A stretch of 64,000 bases of DNA from an uncultured Chloroflexia bacterium (GCA_963813535.1 CAWEZH010000002.1:1792001-1856000); one strand, 5' to 3'. Counted from the first letter of the stretch, positions 38,120-47,301 are shown. Notes: a model not told the origin generated them from the sequence alone. Translations and numbers: made by a program.

Positions 38120-39106
38120 TCAGCGAGCCTCGTCGAGGCGGCGCTTGACCGTCTTGACGATACGGTCGACGGATGGGATCGCCATATCCTCGAGCGCGGC
38201 GGCCGACGGCAACGGGATGTGCGGGGTGGTGATGCGGACCAGCGGCGCGTCGAGGTTGTAGAAGCCCTCGTCGGCGACGAGCGACACGATCTCGGCGCCC
38301 CAACCACCGACCCGCGGGTTCTCCTCGATCGTGAAGAGGCGGCTGGTCTTCGCCACGGATCCGAGGATGGCCTGGGCGTCGAGCGGGATCAGGGACCGCA
38401 GGTCGATGACCTCGGCATCGATGCCGTGGTCGGCGGCAAGCCGCTCCGCGGCGGCCAGGGCCTTGGGCACCATCGCGGCCAGCGCCACGAGTGTCACGTC
38501 GGATCCCTCTCGCAGCACGGCTGCCTGGCCGAGTGGCACGACATGCTCGCCGTCGGGCACGTCGCCCTTCTCGGCGAAGAGCGCTTTGTGCTCGCAGACG
38601 ATCACGGGATCGTCGTCGCGCACCGCGGCGGCCAACAGACCCTTCATGTCGGCCGGTGTCGACGGTGCGACGACCTTGAGGCCCGGGATCGCCATGGCCC
38701 AGTTTTCGATGCTCTGACTGTGCTGGGCCCCGAAGCGGAGACCGGCGCCGTTGGCCGTCCGCAGGACGAGCGGGATCGACACCTGGCCGTCGGTCATATA
38801 GCGCGTCTTGGCGATCTGGTTGGCGACCATGTCCCAGGTCACGGCGAAGAAGTCGCTGAACATCAGCTCGGCGATCGGACGCAGCCCGGTCATGGCCGCA
38901 CCCATAGCGGCACCGACGATTGCCTGCTCGCTGATCGGCGTGTCACGCACCCGCTCGGGTCCGAACCGGTCGAACAGGCCTTCGGTCAGCTTGAACACAC
39001 CGCCGGCGGCACCCACATCCTCGCCGATGAGGACGACCGATCCGTCGCGGTCCATCTCCTGGGCGATCGCGGATGCGATCGCCTGGCGGTACGTCAGCTC
39101 AGCCAT
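38120..39106 (-). CDS. ThDP-dependent dehydrogenase E1 beta subunit (AcoB/PdhB-like)
   Basis: GEDVG, DTPISEQ, GAQHSQ, EHKAL, IDLRSLIPLD. Confidence 0.92.
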   Translation of the reverse strand: MAELTYRQAIASAIAQEMDRDGSVVLIGEDVGAAGGVFKLTEGLFDRFGPERVRDTPISEQAIVGAAMGAAMTGLRPIAELMFSDFFAVTWDMVANQIAKTRYMTDGQVSIPLVLRTANGAGLRFGAQHSQSIENWAMAIPGLKVVAPSTPADMKGLLAAAVRDDDPVIVCEHKALFAEKGDVPDGEHVVPLGQAAVLREGSDVTLVALAAMVPKALAAAERLAADHGIDAEVIDLRSLIPLDAQAILGSVAKTSRLFTIEENPRVGGWGAEIVSLVADEGFYNLDAPLVRITTPHIPLPSAAALEDMAIPSVDRIVKTVKRRLDEAR

Positions 39107-40113
39107 CAGTTGCGCCACGTCGAGGTTCCGTCGGCCCAGACCTGCGTCTCGAGGACCTCGGCCGTCGGCTCGGGCCCTTCCCGCGCCTCGGCCTCCGCGG
39201 CGGCGACCTTGGCACGAGCGGCCTCGTCGACGGCGTCGAGCTCGCTGGCGTCGACGCCGGCTGCCTCGAGCCTGGCTCGGTACGAGGGGATCGGGTCGCG
39301 CGCCTTCCACGCGGCGACCTCGTCGTCGGGCCGGTACTTGCCGGGATCGGCCCGCGAGTGGCCGCCGTGCCGGTAGGTGATCGCCTCGATCAGGGACGGT
39401 CCGTCGCCGGCACGCGCTCGAGCGACCGCCTCCACCGCCACTGCATGCACGGCCTCGACGTCGTTGCCGTCGACGACGATCGGCTCGAGGCCATAGGCGC
39501 TCGCCCGGTCCGCGGCCGGTCGGGCCACGGCGGTCACCTCGCCGATCGGCGTGTACTCCATGTACTGGTTGTTCTCGCAGACGAAGACGACCGGAGCCTT
39601 CCAGACCGCGGCCATGTTGAGTGCCTCGTGGAATGCGCCGATGTTCGTCGTCCCGTCACCGAAGAAGCAGACGGCCACCTGGCCCGACTTGCGGTACTGC
39701 GCCGACCACGCCGCGCCGAGGGCGATCGGCAGGTGCGCCCCGACGATCGCGTACGAGCCGAGCACCCCGTGTTCGACGCTCGTCAGGTGCATGGAGCCGC
39801 CCTTGCCACCGAGCAGTCCGGTCGAGCGCCCGAAGAGCTCGGCCAGGATCGGGGCCATCGGCACGCCACGTGCGATGTTGTGGTTGTGGCCGCGGTACGT
39901 GCAGAACGTGTAGTCGTCGGATCGCATCGCTACGGCGAACCCGGCGGCCACCGCTTCCTGGCCGACGCCGAGATGGGTCGTGCCGCGGACCAGCCCCTCG
40001 AAGAACAGTTCCTGCGCTCGTGTCTCGAGCAGCCGGCACTCCTGCATGAGGCGGTAGAGGGTCAGACCGGTCTCCCGGTCGAGCGTGGCGGGCGCGGCTG
40101 CGACGGTCGCCAT
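39106..40113 (-). CDS. ThDP-dependent dehydrogenase E1 alpha subunit (AcoA/PdhA-like)
   Basis: HLGVGQEA, GKGGSMH, FFGDG...ENN, TYRHGGHS..DP..YR. Confidence 0.92.
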   Translation of the reverse strand: MATVAAAPATLDRETGLTLYRLMQECRLLETRAQELFFEGLVRGTTHLGVGQEAVAAGFAVAMRSDDYTFCTYRGHNHNIARGVPMAPILAELFGRSTGLLGGKGGSMHLTSVEHGVLGSYAIVGAHLPIALGAAWSAQYRKSGQVAVCFFGDGTTNIGAFHEALNMAAVWKAPVVFVCENNQYMEYTPIGEVTAVARPAADRASAYGLEPIVVDGNDVEAVHAVAVEAVARARAGDGPSLIEAITYRHGGHSRADPGKYRPDDEVAAWKARDPIPSYRARLEAAGVDASELDAVDEAARAKVAAAEAEAREGPEPTAEVLETQVWADGTSTWRN

Positions 40114-40127
40114 CGACGGTCGGTGCG

Positions 40128-41414
40128 TCAGTACGCGTTCGCGACGAACAGCTCGTCGCTCGGGAACCTGGTGATCACGCGCGGACCGTCGCGGGTGACG
40201 ACGACCTCTTCCTCGATCCGTGCCGCCGAGACCCCGTCGGCGGCCGGGCAGTACGTCTCGAGGGCGATGACCATGCCCTCCTTGATCTCGACCGGATGGT
40301 CGAGCGAGTTGAGCCGGCTGATGATCGGGCGCTCGTGGAGAAACAATCCGACGCTATGGCCGAACTGCAGCCCGAAGCACTCCATCTCGCTCGAGAACCC
40401 GAACTCCTCGGCTTTCGGCCACACGCTGGCGACCTGATCGGTCCCGACGCCCGGCCGCATCAGCTCGATGGAGGCGTCGATCCACGCCCGCGCGCGCTTG
40501 TACGCGTCGCGCTGGGCGTCGGTCGCCCTGCCGACCGTGAACGTCCGGTAGTAGCACGTCTTGTAGCCCACGAACGTGTGGATGATGTCGAAGAACGCCT
40601 GGTCGCCCGGGCGGATGAGTCGATCGCTGAAGACGTGTGGGTGAGGGCTGCAGCGCTCGCCCGATACCGCGTTGATGTTGTCGACGTGCTCCGAGCCCAT
40701 CTCGAACAGGCGGTGGGTCACGTTGGCCACGAGCTCGCTCTCGCGGATCCCCGGCTTGAGCTGCTCGGCGATGAGCTGGTAGGCGCCGTCCACCATCGCG
40801 CACGCCGTGTTCAGCAGGATGATCTCGTCGATCGACTTGACCTCGCGTGCATCGAGCATCACCTGCTGCGCGTCGCGGACCGTCAGCCCTTCCGCTTCCA
40901 GCGCCGCGACCATCGGGGGCTCGACGAGGTCGACGCCGATCGGCAAGTCGGCGGCGCCCTCGGCCCTGAGGATCGCGGCGATCTCGCGGGCGGCCGAGCG
41001 GAAGAGCCCGGCATCCGGCGCGACGGCGCCGCGCAAACCGACCATCCCGGCGTGGACGTTCTCGGTCCGCAGCCACGGGCAGTTCAGGCGGTGGTGCTTG
41101 GCCGCCGATCCGAAGTCCCAGATGTGGGGATCGCCGCCACGTGACAGCAGCGCATAGCGGGTCATCTTGTCGCGCGCCCACTCCCCGATGTGGGTGCTCG
41201 TGACGTACCGGATGTTGTTGAAGTCGAACAGCAGCATCGCGCCGAGCTCGGATGCGGCCAGGGCCTCGCGCGCGCGACCGATCCGATAGGTTCGCAACCG
41301 ATCGACGTTCCAGCGCTCTTCCCAGTCGACGTTCATCGACCCGGGTGAGGGGATCGGGCGGTCGCCGTGGACGATGGGTGGCGCCGCCGGAGGCTGCATC
41401 TCGACGGTGGTCAC
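40128..41414 (-). CDS. M24 (Xaa-Pro peptidase/creatinase-fold) hydrolase
   Basis: NIRY, AREVKS.DEI, FFDIIH..GYKTCYYRT, GHSVGL..HE, ALET, RIEEEV. Confidence 0.88.
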   Translation of the reverse strand: MTTVEMQPPAAPPIVHGDRPIPSPGSMNVDWEERWNVDRLRTYRIGRAREALAASELGAMLLFDFNNIRYVTSTHIGEWARDKMTRYALLSRGGDPHIWDFGSAAKHHRLNCPWLRTENVHAGMVGLRGAVAPDAGLFRSAAREIAAILRAEGAADLPIGVDLVEPPMVAALEAEGLTVRDAQQVMLDAREVKSIDEIILLNTACAMVDGAYQLIAEQLKPGIRESELVANVTHRLFEMGSEHVDNINAVSGERCSPHPHVFSDRLIRPGDQAFFDIIHTFVGYKTCYYRTFTVGRATDAQRDAYKRARAWIDASIELMRPGVGTDQVASVWPKAEEFGFSSEMECFGLQFGHSVGLFLHERPIISRLNSLDHPVEIKEGMVIALETYCPAADGVSAARIEEEVVVTRDGPRVITRFPSDELFVANAY

Positions 41415-41460
41415 GGAGCACTTCCTCCTGTCGACGGTCGGCGGGCTCCTCCGCGCGACC

Positions 41461-41490
41461 TTGACACGGCCTTCAGTGTCGCTCTACGTT
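41461..41490 (+). promoter_or_regulatory. sigma70 promoter TTGACA-N18-TACGTT in the divergent M24/XRE spacer
   Basis: Hexamers read directly; AT-richer segment TGTTCAACATCGTTACACA follows. Confidence 0.5.
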
Positions 41491-41590
41491 GTTCAACATC
41501 GTTACACAACGGACAAGAGCACGTCCAGTCCCAGTCGAGGGTGTGGTGGAGGGCTCACCGAGCCGCAGCGGACAGCCCGGTTACTCCGCG

Positions 41591-42232
41591 ATGGGCGACC
41601 ACCTGCGGGCCGCACGTCGGCGACGGCACCTCAGCCTGCGCGAGTTGGCCGGCCGCCTCGGCCTCTCCCCGAGTCTCATCTCCCAGGTCGAGACCGGCCG
41701 TGCGAAACCGTCGGTCAGCACGCTATACGCGATCGCGAACGAGCTCGACGTCTCGCTCGACGAGCTGCTGTTCAACGACGCGGGTCGAGCGGGACGTGGC
41801 GGCGATGCCGCCCTCCGGGTGGTCCCAACGGCGACGACTGCCGCTCCCCCCGTCTCGCCAGCGGGCGAGCCGGTCCAGCGCGCCGACGAGCGCAAGGTCA
41901 TCCGGCTGGCGTCCGGTGTCGTCTGGGAACGGCTGACCACCGACTCCGTCCCAGGCATCGACTTCCTCTATGTCACCTACGAAGTCGGCGGAGCGTCGAG
42001 CCCCGAGCATGAATTCCAGCGCCACGGCGGTCACGAGTGGGGGTACGTCTTGAGCGGCAAGCTCGGTGTGACGATCGGTTTCCAGGAGCACGAGCTCGGT
42101 CCGGGCGACTCGATCTCGATCGACTCGACGGTCCCGCACCGCCTGTACAACCGGGGCACCGTCCCGGTCCACGGCATCTGGTTCGTGCTCGGACGGCGAT
42201 CGCTGGACGTCCCCGGCCTGCGCGACGACTGA
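41591..42232 (+). CDS. XRE-family HTH + cupin transcriptional regulator
   Basis: LSLRELAGRLGLSPSLISQVETGRAKPSV; H.GHEWGYV...PHRLYN. Confidence 0.9.
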   Translation: MGDHLRAARRRRHLSLRELAGRLGLSPSLISQVETGRAKPSVSTLYAIANELDVSLDELLFNDAGRAGRGGDAALRVVPTATTAAPPVSPAGEPVQRADERKVIRLASGVVWERLTTDSVPGIDFLYVTYEVGGASSPEHEFQRHGGHEWGYVLSGKLGVTIGFQEHELGPGDSISIDSTVPHRLYNRGTVPVHGIWFVLGRRSLDVPGLRDD

Positions 42233-43170
42233 TGGGCGCGCCGAGACACGTCGTCGGACATCTCGACTGGTCGTTCGCCGAAGCGCCGTTGCCGCCGAGC
42301 GCGACATCGAGCGGCCTCGCCCGCCACCGCTTCATCGGCCGTGACGAAGGCGCCGTCCACACCGACCTTTCGGCGATCGTGCTGCATCCCGGCGGTTGGC
42401 TCGCGCCCCACGTCCACAGTTACGAGGAAGCGCTGTACATCCTCGAGGGCGACATGCTGTTCCTCATCGGCGAGCGGGTGCACCGCGTGACCGGTGGCGA
42501 CTACACCTTGATGCCCACGGGGATGCGCCACGGCATCGCCAATACCGGAACTCGGCCGGTGCGCTTCCTCTCGCTCAACTCACCCCAGAAACAGGACCCG
42601 GATAGCGGCCGGATCGACACCTACTTCGAGGTGCCCCAAGACGTGGCTGCCTGGGAGGCCAGCGCTGAACGGCCGCCGTTCGGCGACCCGACGCTCCGGT
42701 TCGTCGGCCACTATGAGGGCACCGGGCCGCAGCTCGAGGCGCTCGCGGTGACCGATCCAGCGCGGGGGCGGGCGCCCGCCGGCGCCGACACCGCGATCCT
42801 CGCGTACAGCGGGATCTCGGTGAAGATGCTCGTCGACCGCGGGTTCGGTGCGGACCACTCGACGATGTTCACGGTCGACTACGAGCTCGGCGGCTCGGCT
42901 CAGCAGCACGACCACCCGTTCGAGGAGGCGTACGTCTTCCTCGCGGGCGAGGTCGAGGGCGAGTTCGACGGCCAGCCGTACACGTTCCGGCCGGGTGACT
43001 TCGCGTTCGCACCGGTCGGCTCGGTCCATGGCTTCTACAACACCGGCACCGAACGGGTCCGCTGGCTCGAGACGCAGGCGCCCCAGCCGCCCGCGCGTCA
43101 GGCCTATCGCTGGGTGGCCAGCTGGGAGACGTACGAGGCCGCCCGAGCGGCCGAGCGAGGAGGAAGCTGA
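42232..43170 (+). CDS. bicupin protein
   Basis: Two cupin metal motifs: HVHSYEE...H and HDHPFEE...H. Confidence 0.85.
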   Translation: MGAPRHVVGHLDWSFAEAPLPPSATSSGLARHRFIGRDEGAVHTDLSAIVLHPGGWLAPHVHSYEEALYILEGDMLFLIGERVHRVTGGDYTLMPTGMRHGIANTGTRPVRFLSLNSPQKQDPDSGRIDTYFEVPQDVAAWEASAERPPFGDPTLRFVGHYEGTGPQLEALAVTDPARGRAPAGADTAILAYSGISVKMLVDRGFGADHSTMFTVDYELGGSAQQHDHPFEEAYVFLAGEVEGEFDGQPYTFRPGDFAFAPVGSVHGFYNTGTERVRWLETQAPQPPARQAYRWVASWETYEAARAAERGGS

Positions 43171-43868
43171 TGGCGGACGGATCGGTCGTCATCGTCGGAG
43201 GCACGCGGGCGATCGGTTTCGAGCTCGCCCGCCACTATGCGGAGGGAGGCGACCAGGTCGTGCTGACCGGTCGGGATCCCGACAACGTGGCATCGGCGGT
43301 CGCCGAGCTCGGTGGGAGCACCGGAGGGGCGACGTTCGATCTGGCCGAGCCGACCTCGATCGCATCCGCGCTCGCTAGCGTCGGGCCGGTCCGCCGGCTC
43401 GCGCTCGTGGCGATCGACCGCGACCAGAACACCGTGGCCGACTACGACATCCGCAAGGCCATCCGGCTTGTGACCCTCAAGCTCGTCGGCTACACCGAGG
43501 TGGTCCACACCCTGCGTGAGCGCCTGACCGACGATGCATCGCTGGTCCTGTTCGGCGGGATGGCGAAGGAGCGACCCTATCCGGGGTCGACCACCGTCAC
43601 GACGGTCAACGGCGGCGTGGTCGGCCTGACGCGGACGCTGGTCGAGGAGCTCAAGCCGTTGCGGGTCAACTCGATCCATCCGGGCGTCGTCGGCGACAGC
43701 CCGTACTGGGCGGAGAAGACCGCGGCGGTCGAGCGCTACACGTCGGAGACGCCGCTGGGCCGTCTCGCGAACATGTCCGAGATCGTCGGTGCGGCCGTGT
43801 TCCTGCTCGAGAACACCGCGGTCAACGGTGTCGACCTCATCGTCGACGGCGGCTGGCACACGAGGTAG
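43170..43868 (+). CDS. SDR family oxidoreductase (atypical, no clear YxxxK)
   Basis: GGTRAIG, RVNSIHPG, VDGG. Confidence 0.85.
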   Translation: MADGSVVIVGGTRAIGFELARHYAEGGDQVVLTGRDPDNVASAVAELGGSTGGATFDLAEPTSIASALASVGPVRRLALVAIDRDQNTVADYDIRKAIRLVTLKLVGYTEVVHTLRERLTDDASLVLFGGMAKERPYPGSTTVTTVNGGVVGLTRTLVEELKPLRVNSIHPGVVGDSPYWAEKTAAVERYTSETPLGRLANMSEIVGAAVFLLENTAVNGVDLIVDGGWHTR

Positions 43869-43989
43869 CCGGTCGACCATCGCGGCCCATCCGCGCGTTG
43901 GGCCTTCCGTGCGCTCGCTCACGCACGTTGGAGTGCGCTCGCTCGCGTACTCAGTCCCGCCTTCGGCTGGACCACGCTTGTCGACCGGC
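43868..43989. repeat. palindromic REP/MITE-like intergenic element
   Basis: 10-bp terminal inverted repeat GCCGGTCGAC/GTCGACCGGC; internal duplicated GTGCGCTCGCTC. Confidence 0.45.
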
Positions 43990-44030
43990 GAAGGATCCGG
44001 GCTGGCGACCCGGCGAATACTCGAGCGGAG

Positions 44031-44522
44031 CTACGCCCGGGCAGCGCCCGCCGCTCCCCAGCGCTTGAGCTCAGCATCGAGGTCGAGCGGCATCACGACG
44101 CCCTTGCTCTCGTACTCACCCCACGCCTCGCGCGGGACACGCCACATGATCTCGAACTCGTTGCCGTCCGGGTCGGCGCCGTAGAGCGACTTGCTCACAC
44201 CGTGATCGGACGCGCCGCCGAGGGCCCGCTCGTCCGACAACGTCTGGGCCGCCGCGGCGAGGTCGTCGATGGTCGGGACCTCCCAGGCCAGGTGGTACAG
44301 GCCGACCGAGCCGCGCGCGGGCCGCGGTGCGTCCGGTCCGACCGAGAACAGGCCAAGATCGTGGTGGTTCTCGCCACTCGCCGAGCGCAGGAAGACGGCT
44401 CGGCCACCGAAGGCGCTTTCCACCACCTCGAACCCGAAGACACGGCCATAGAACTCGGCCGACGCCGTGGCGTCACGGACGTACAGGACGGCGTGGTTCA
44501 ACCGCGCGACCGGGATGCTCAT
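44031..44522 (-). CDS. VOC/glyoxalase family protein
   Basis: LNHAVLYV, HHDLGLF, GLYHLAW, SLYGADPDGNEFE. Confidence 0.9.
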   Translation of the reverse strand: MSIPVARLNHAVLYVRDATASAEFYGRVFGFEVVESAFGGRAVFLRSASGENHHDLGLFSVGPDAPRPARGSVGLYHLAWEVPTIDDLAAAAQTLSDERALGGASDHGVSKSLYGADPDGNEFEIMWRVPREAWGEYESKGVVMPLDLDAELKRWGAAGAARA

Positions 44523-45187
44523 GACCTGCCGGCTCCGCCGGTCTGACTCGCCGCGCCGGCAGGAGCGCCGACCAGCTTCCAGCCCGACTGCCACGTGCCC
44601 TCGTTGACGATGTTGAGCGCCATGTTCAGGAATGCCAGCGCTTCGAGCTGCCGGGCTCGGACGAGCGGGCCGACGTCGATCGGGCGGAGACCGACCGCGC
44701 GGACCAGCTCGAGGACCTTGGCCTTGGCCTTCGGATCGTCGCCGGCGACGTACCCGTCGAGCTGAAGGCCGTCGGCCATCGGGTCGACCTGATGCGTCGC
44801 GAACAGCGTGTTGAAAGCCTTGACGACCTGGCTGTCGGGGAGGAGCGCCGCCACGGCTTCAGCGTTCGACGAGGTAGTGTCGATGTCCGGGCCGGCCTCG
44901 CCGAACGAGATCCGGTTGGTGACGTCGACGACCGGCTTGCCCGCGGCAGGCGCGGCGATGTCGGCGGCGACCGCCTCGAGGTTGTCGAACCCGACGGCCG
45001 GGATGACGACGTCACCCTCCGCTGCGGCTTCGGCATTCGTTTCGACCGATCTCGCGCCCGATGCAGCCGCCGCGTCCGCGGCGTCCTTGGCGTGGCGCGA
45101 CGTGATGATGACGTCATGTCCCGCGCGCGCGAGCGACGTTGCGAGGGCTGTGCCGACGTTGCCGGCTCCGATGATCGCGACCTTCAT
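44519..45187 (-). CDS. npdG: NADPH-dependent F420 reductase family oxidoreductase
   Basis: IIGAGNVG, VVDVTN, SNAE, VVKAFN, AGDD, D.GPL..AR.LE. Confidence 0.8.
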   Translation of the reverse strand: MKVAIIGAGNVGTALATSLARAGHDVIITSRHAKDAADAAAASGARSVETNAEAAAEGDVVIPAVGFDNLEAVAADIAAPAAGKPVVDVTNRISFGEAGPDIDTTSSNAEAVAALLPDSQVVKAFNTLFATHQVDPMADGLQLDGYVAGDDPKAKAKVLELVRAVGLRPIDVGPLVRARQLEALAFLNMALNIVNEGTWQSGWKLVGAPAGAASQTGGAGRS

Positions 45188-45246
45188 CGCATGATCCTCC
45201 ATTCGCTCCGAGACTCCCGGGCCTCGGCTGTTTCGTTGCTTCCGCA

Positions 45247-45286
45247 ACCATAGTCGGATGTTATACTGATGTCAATACCGTATTGA
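45247..45286 (-). promoter_or_regulatory. promoter TTGACA-N17-TATGGT overlapped by a 7-1-7 palindrome TCAATAC-C-GTATTGA
   Basis: -35 at 45270-45275, -10 at 45247-45252, palindrome at 45272-45286, between the divergent XRE and npdG genes. Confidence 0.65.
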
Positions 45287-45301
45287 TGAGGGCAAACTAG
45301 C

Positions 45302-45871
45302 ATGGCGCCTGAAACCCGTGCGACAGACGACAGGGGTACTCGCCTTGCGGTCGGTTCACAGATCCGGCGCTGGCGCGGCGTCCGCCGCCTGACCCTGGCC
45401 CAGGTCGCAGCGGGTAGTGGCCTCAACGTCGGCTACCTGTCGCAGATCGAGAACGACAAGGCGTCGCCCTCGCTGGCCGTGTTGGGCCAGATCGCCGACG
45501 TACTCGACGTCCCGGCGGCCTGGTTCCTCATGGGCGACGTCCCGCCCCCGACGGTCGTCCGCGCACGCGAGCGGCCGGTCGCCCAGGGCGACCTGGGACG
45601 GATCGAACACGTCGACGGGCGGTCGTCCCGAGACGTCACGATCATCGAGGCGATCGCCCAGCCGGGTGGCCGGGTCGGGATGCACTCGCACGCCGGCGAC
45701 GAGCACCACCTCATCCTTCGCGGCCGGTTGCGAGCGACGCAAGGCGAGCACACCGTCGAGCTCGGTCCGGGCGACTACCTGCGCTGGGACGGATCGATCC
45801 CGCACGAGGCCGAAGTCGTGGGTGACGAGGACGCCGCCGTGCTGATCGTGCGCATCCGACCGCGCGACTGA
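45302..45871 (+). CDS. XRE-family HTH + cupin transcriptional regulator
   Basis: LTLAQVAAGSGLNVGYLSQIENDKASPSL; HSHAGDE...PHE. Confidence 0.9.
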   Translation: MAPETRATDDRGTRLAVGSQIRRWRGVRRLTLAQVAAGSGLNVGYLSQIENDKASPSLAVLGQIADVLDVPAAWFLMGDVPPPTVVRARERPVAQGDLGRIEHVDGRSSRDVTIIEAIAQPGGRVGMHSHAGDEHHLILRGRLRATQGEHTVELGPGDYLRWDGSIPHEAEVVGDEDAAVLIVRIRPRD

Positions 45872-45891
45872 CGTGGTCGTACCATCGCGAC

Positions 45892-46668
45892 GTGACCCGT
45901 CGCGCGATCACGTACGCGTCCTACCTGAAGGTCCCCGAGCTGCTGTCGCTCCAGATCGAGCGTTCGGCTGGCGCGGATGGCGCCGAGCACGATGAGCTGC
46001 TCTTCATCGTCGTCCACCAGGTCTACGAGCTGTGGTTCAAGTCGCTGCGTCACGAGCTCCAGGGCGTCCAGCTCGCGCTCGAGGACGGGGACACCGACCG
46101 CGCGCTCCATCTGCTGAACCGGGTGCTGAAGATCCTCAAGACCCTGGTCGCCCAGGTCGACGTGCTCGAGACGATGACCCCGCTCCAGTTCCTGTCCTTC
46201 CGCGATCGGCTCGATTCCGCGTCGGGCTTCCAGTCGGCCGGGTTCCGGGCGATCGAGGCCATGCTCGGCTCGCGCGACAGCGCCGCGGTCGACGCCCAGC
46301 CGGAGGGATCAGCCGGGCGCCGGTCTGTCACCGAGGCGCAAGCGGCGTCGTCGGTCTGGGAGTCGTTCCTGGGCTATCTCGTCGAGCGCGGCCATCCCAT
46401 CCCCGACGACGCGACCGAGCCCGACGAGCGCGTCCAGGACATGCTGATCGCCGCCTACCGCGAGGACCCGGATGCGGCGCTGGTGGCGGAGCGGCTGGTC
46501 GACCTCGACGAGGGCATCCAGGAGTGGCGCTACCGGCACGTCAAGATGGTCGAGCGGACGATCGGCACCAAACGCGGGACCGGCGGTTCCAGCGGGGTGG
46601 AGTACCTGCGCGGGACACTCTTCCGCCCGGCCTTCCCGGACCTGTGGGAGATCCGCTCGCGCCTCTGA
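45892..46668 (+). CDS. kynA: tryptophan 2,3-dioxygenase
   Basis: YASYL, HDELLFIVVHQVYELWFK, SASGFQS, WRYRH, GTGGSSG..YL. Confidence 0.93.
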   Translation: MTRRAITYASYLKVPELLSLQIERSAGADGAEHDELLFIVVHQVYELWFKSLRHELQGVQLALEDGDTDRALHLLNRVLKILKTLVAQVDVLETMTPLQFLSFRDRLDSASGFQSAGFRAIEAMLGSRDSAAVDAQPEGSAGRRSVTEAQAASSVWESFLGYLVERGHPIPDDATEPDERVQDMLIAAYREDPDAALVAERLVDLDEGIQEWRYRHVKMVERTIGTKRGTGGSSGVEYLRGTLFRPAFPDLWEIRSRL

Positions 46669-46680
46669 CCGCGGGTCGGG

Positions 46681-47301
46681 TCAGGCGCGCGGCACCGATG
46701 TGACGCGCGGGTCGCTGTAGCCGTGGCTCGCGATCTCCTTGGCGCGGTCGCCGTAGACCGCCGTGCTCGGTGGCGTCGCCGCGCGGAACCCGTCGACCAT
46801 CCGGTTGTACATCGAGAAGGCGGCGGCGATCAGGACGGCGAGCTGGACGTCGGCGTCGGTCGCACCAGCCTCGTGGGCAGTGGCGACGTCGCCGTCGGTC
46901 AGGGCCAGGCCGTCGTGGCGAACAGTCCGGGCGATGTGGAGGAGCGCCGCCATCTTCGGGCCCAGCCCGTCTGACGAGCCGACCTTGATGGTTTCGATGA
47001 TCGGGATCAGGTCCACCGAGCCGTCGTTCTCCAGCAATGCCGTCGCGAACGCCCCATGCGAGTCCATGCAGTAGAAGCAGTCGTTCGCGGCAGAGACGGC
47101 CGTCGCCAGCATCTCTCGCTCGGCCCGCTGCAGGGTGGTGCCCGGGAAGTCGTGCACGAGCAGTTCGTCGGCGAGCCCGCGGAGGTGGACACCGAGACCG
47201 GGCGTCAACCGGATCGCGGTCAGGATCCCCGGCGCATCCGGCAGGCTTCCGACCAGGATCGGTTGCTGCGAACGGGCGAAGCGCTCGTCGTCGCGTGCCA
47301 T
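46681..47301 (-). CDS. AhpD/carboxymuconolactone decarboxylase family peroxidase-related protein
   Basis: EREMLATAVSAANDCFYCMDSH; FSMYNRMVDG. Confidence 0.88.
   Translation of the reverse strand: MARDDERFARSQQPILVGSLPDAPGILTAIRLTPGLGVHLRGLADELLVHDFPGTTLQRAEREMLATAVSAANDCFYCMDSHGAFATALLENDGSVDLIPIIETIKVGSSDGLGPKMAALLHIARTVRHDGLALTDGDVATAHEAGATDADVQLAVLIAAAFSMYNRMVDGFRAATPPSTAVYGDRAKEIASHGYSDPRVTSVPRA

Noticed and set aside
38120-40113. Housekeeping pyruvate dehydrogenase (pdhAB)
   Set aside because: No E2/E3 adjacent and the context is a specialised catabolic operon, so no gene symbol was assigned
45892-46668. kynA as part of the nicotinate or M24 pathways
   Set aside because: Has its own leaderless promoter, no kynB/kynU nearby, and nothing beyond proximity links it
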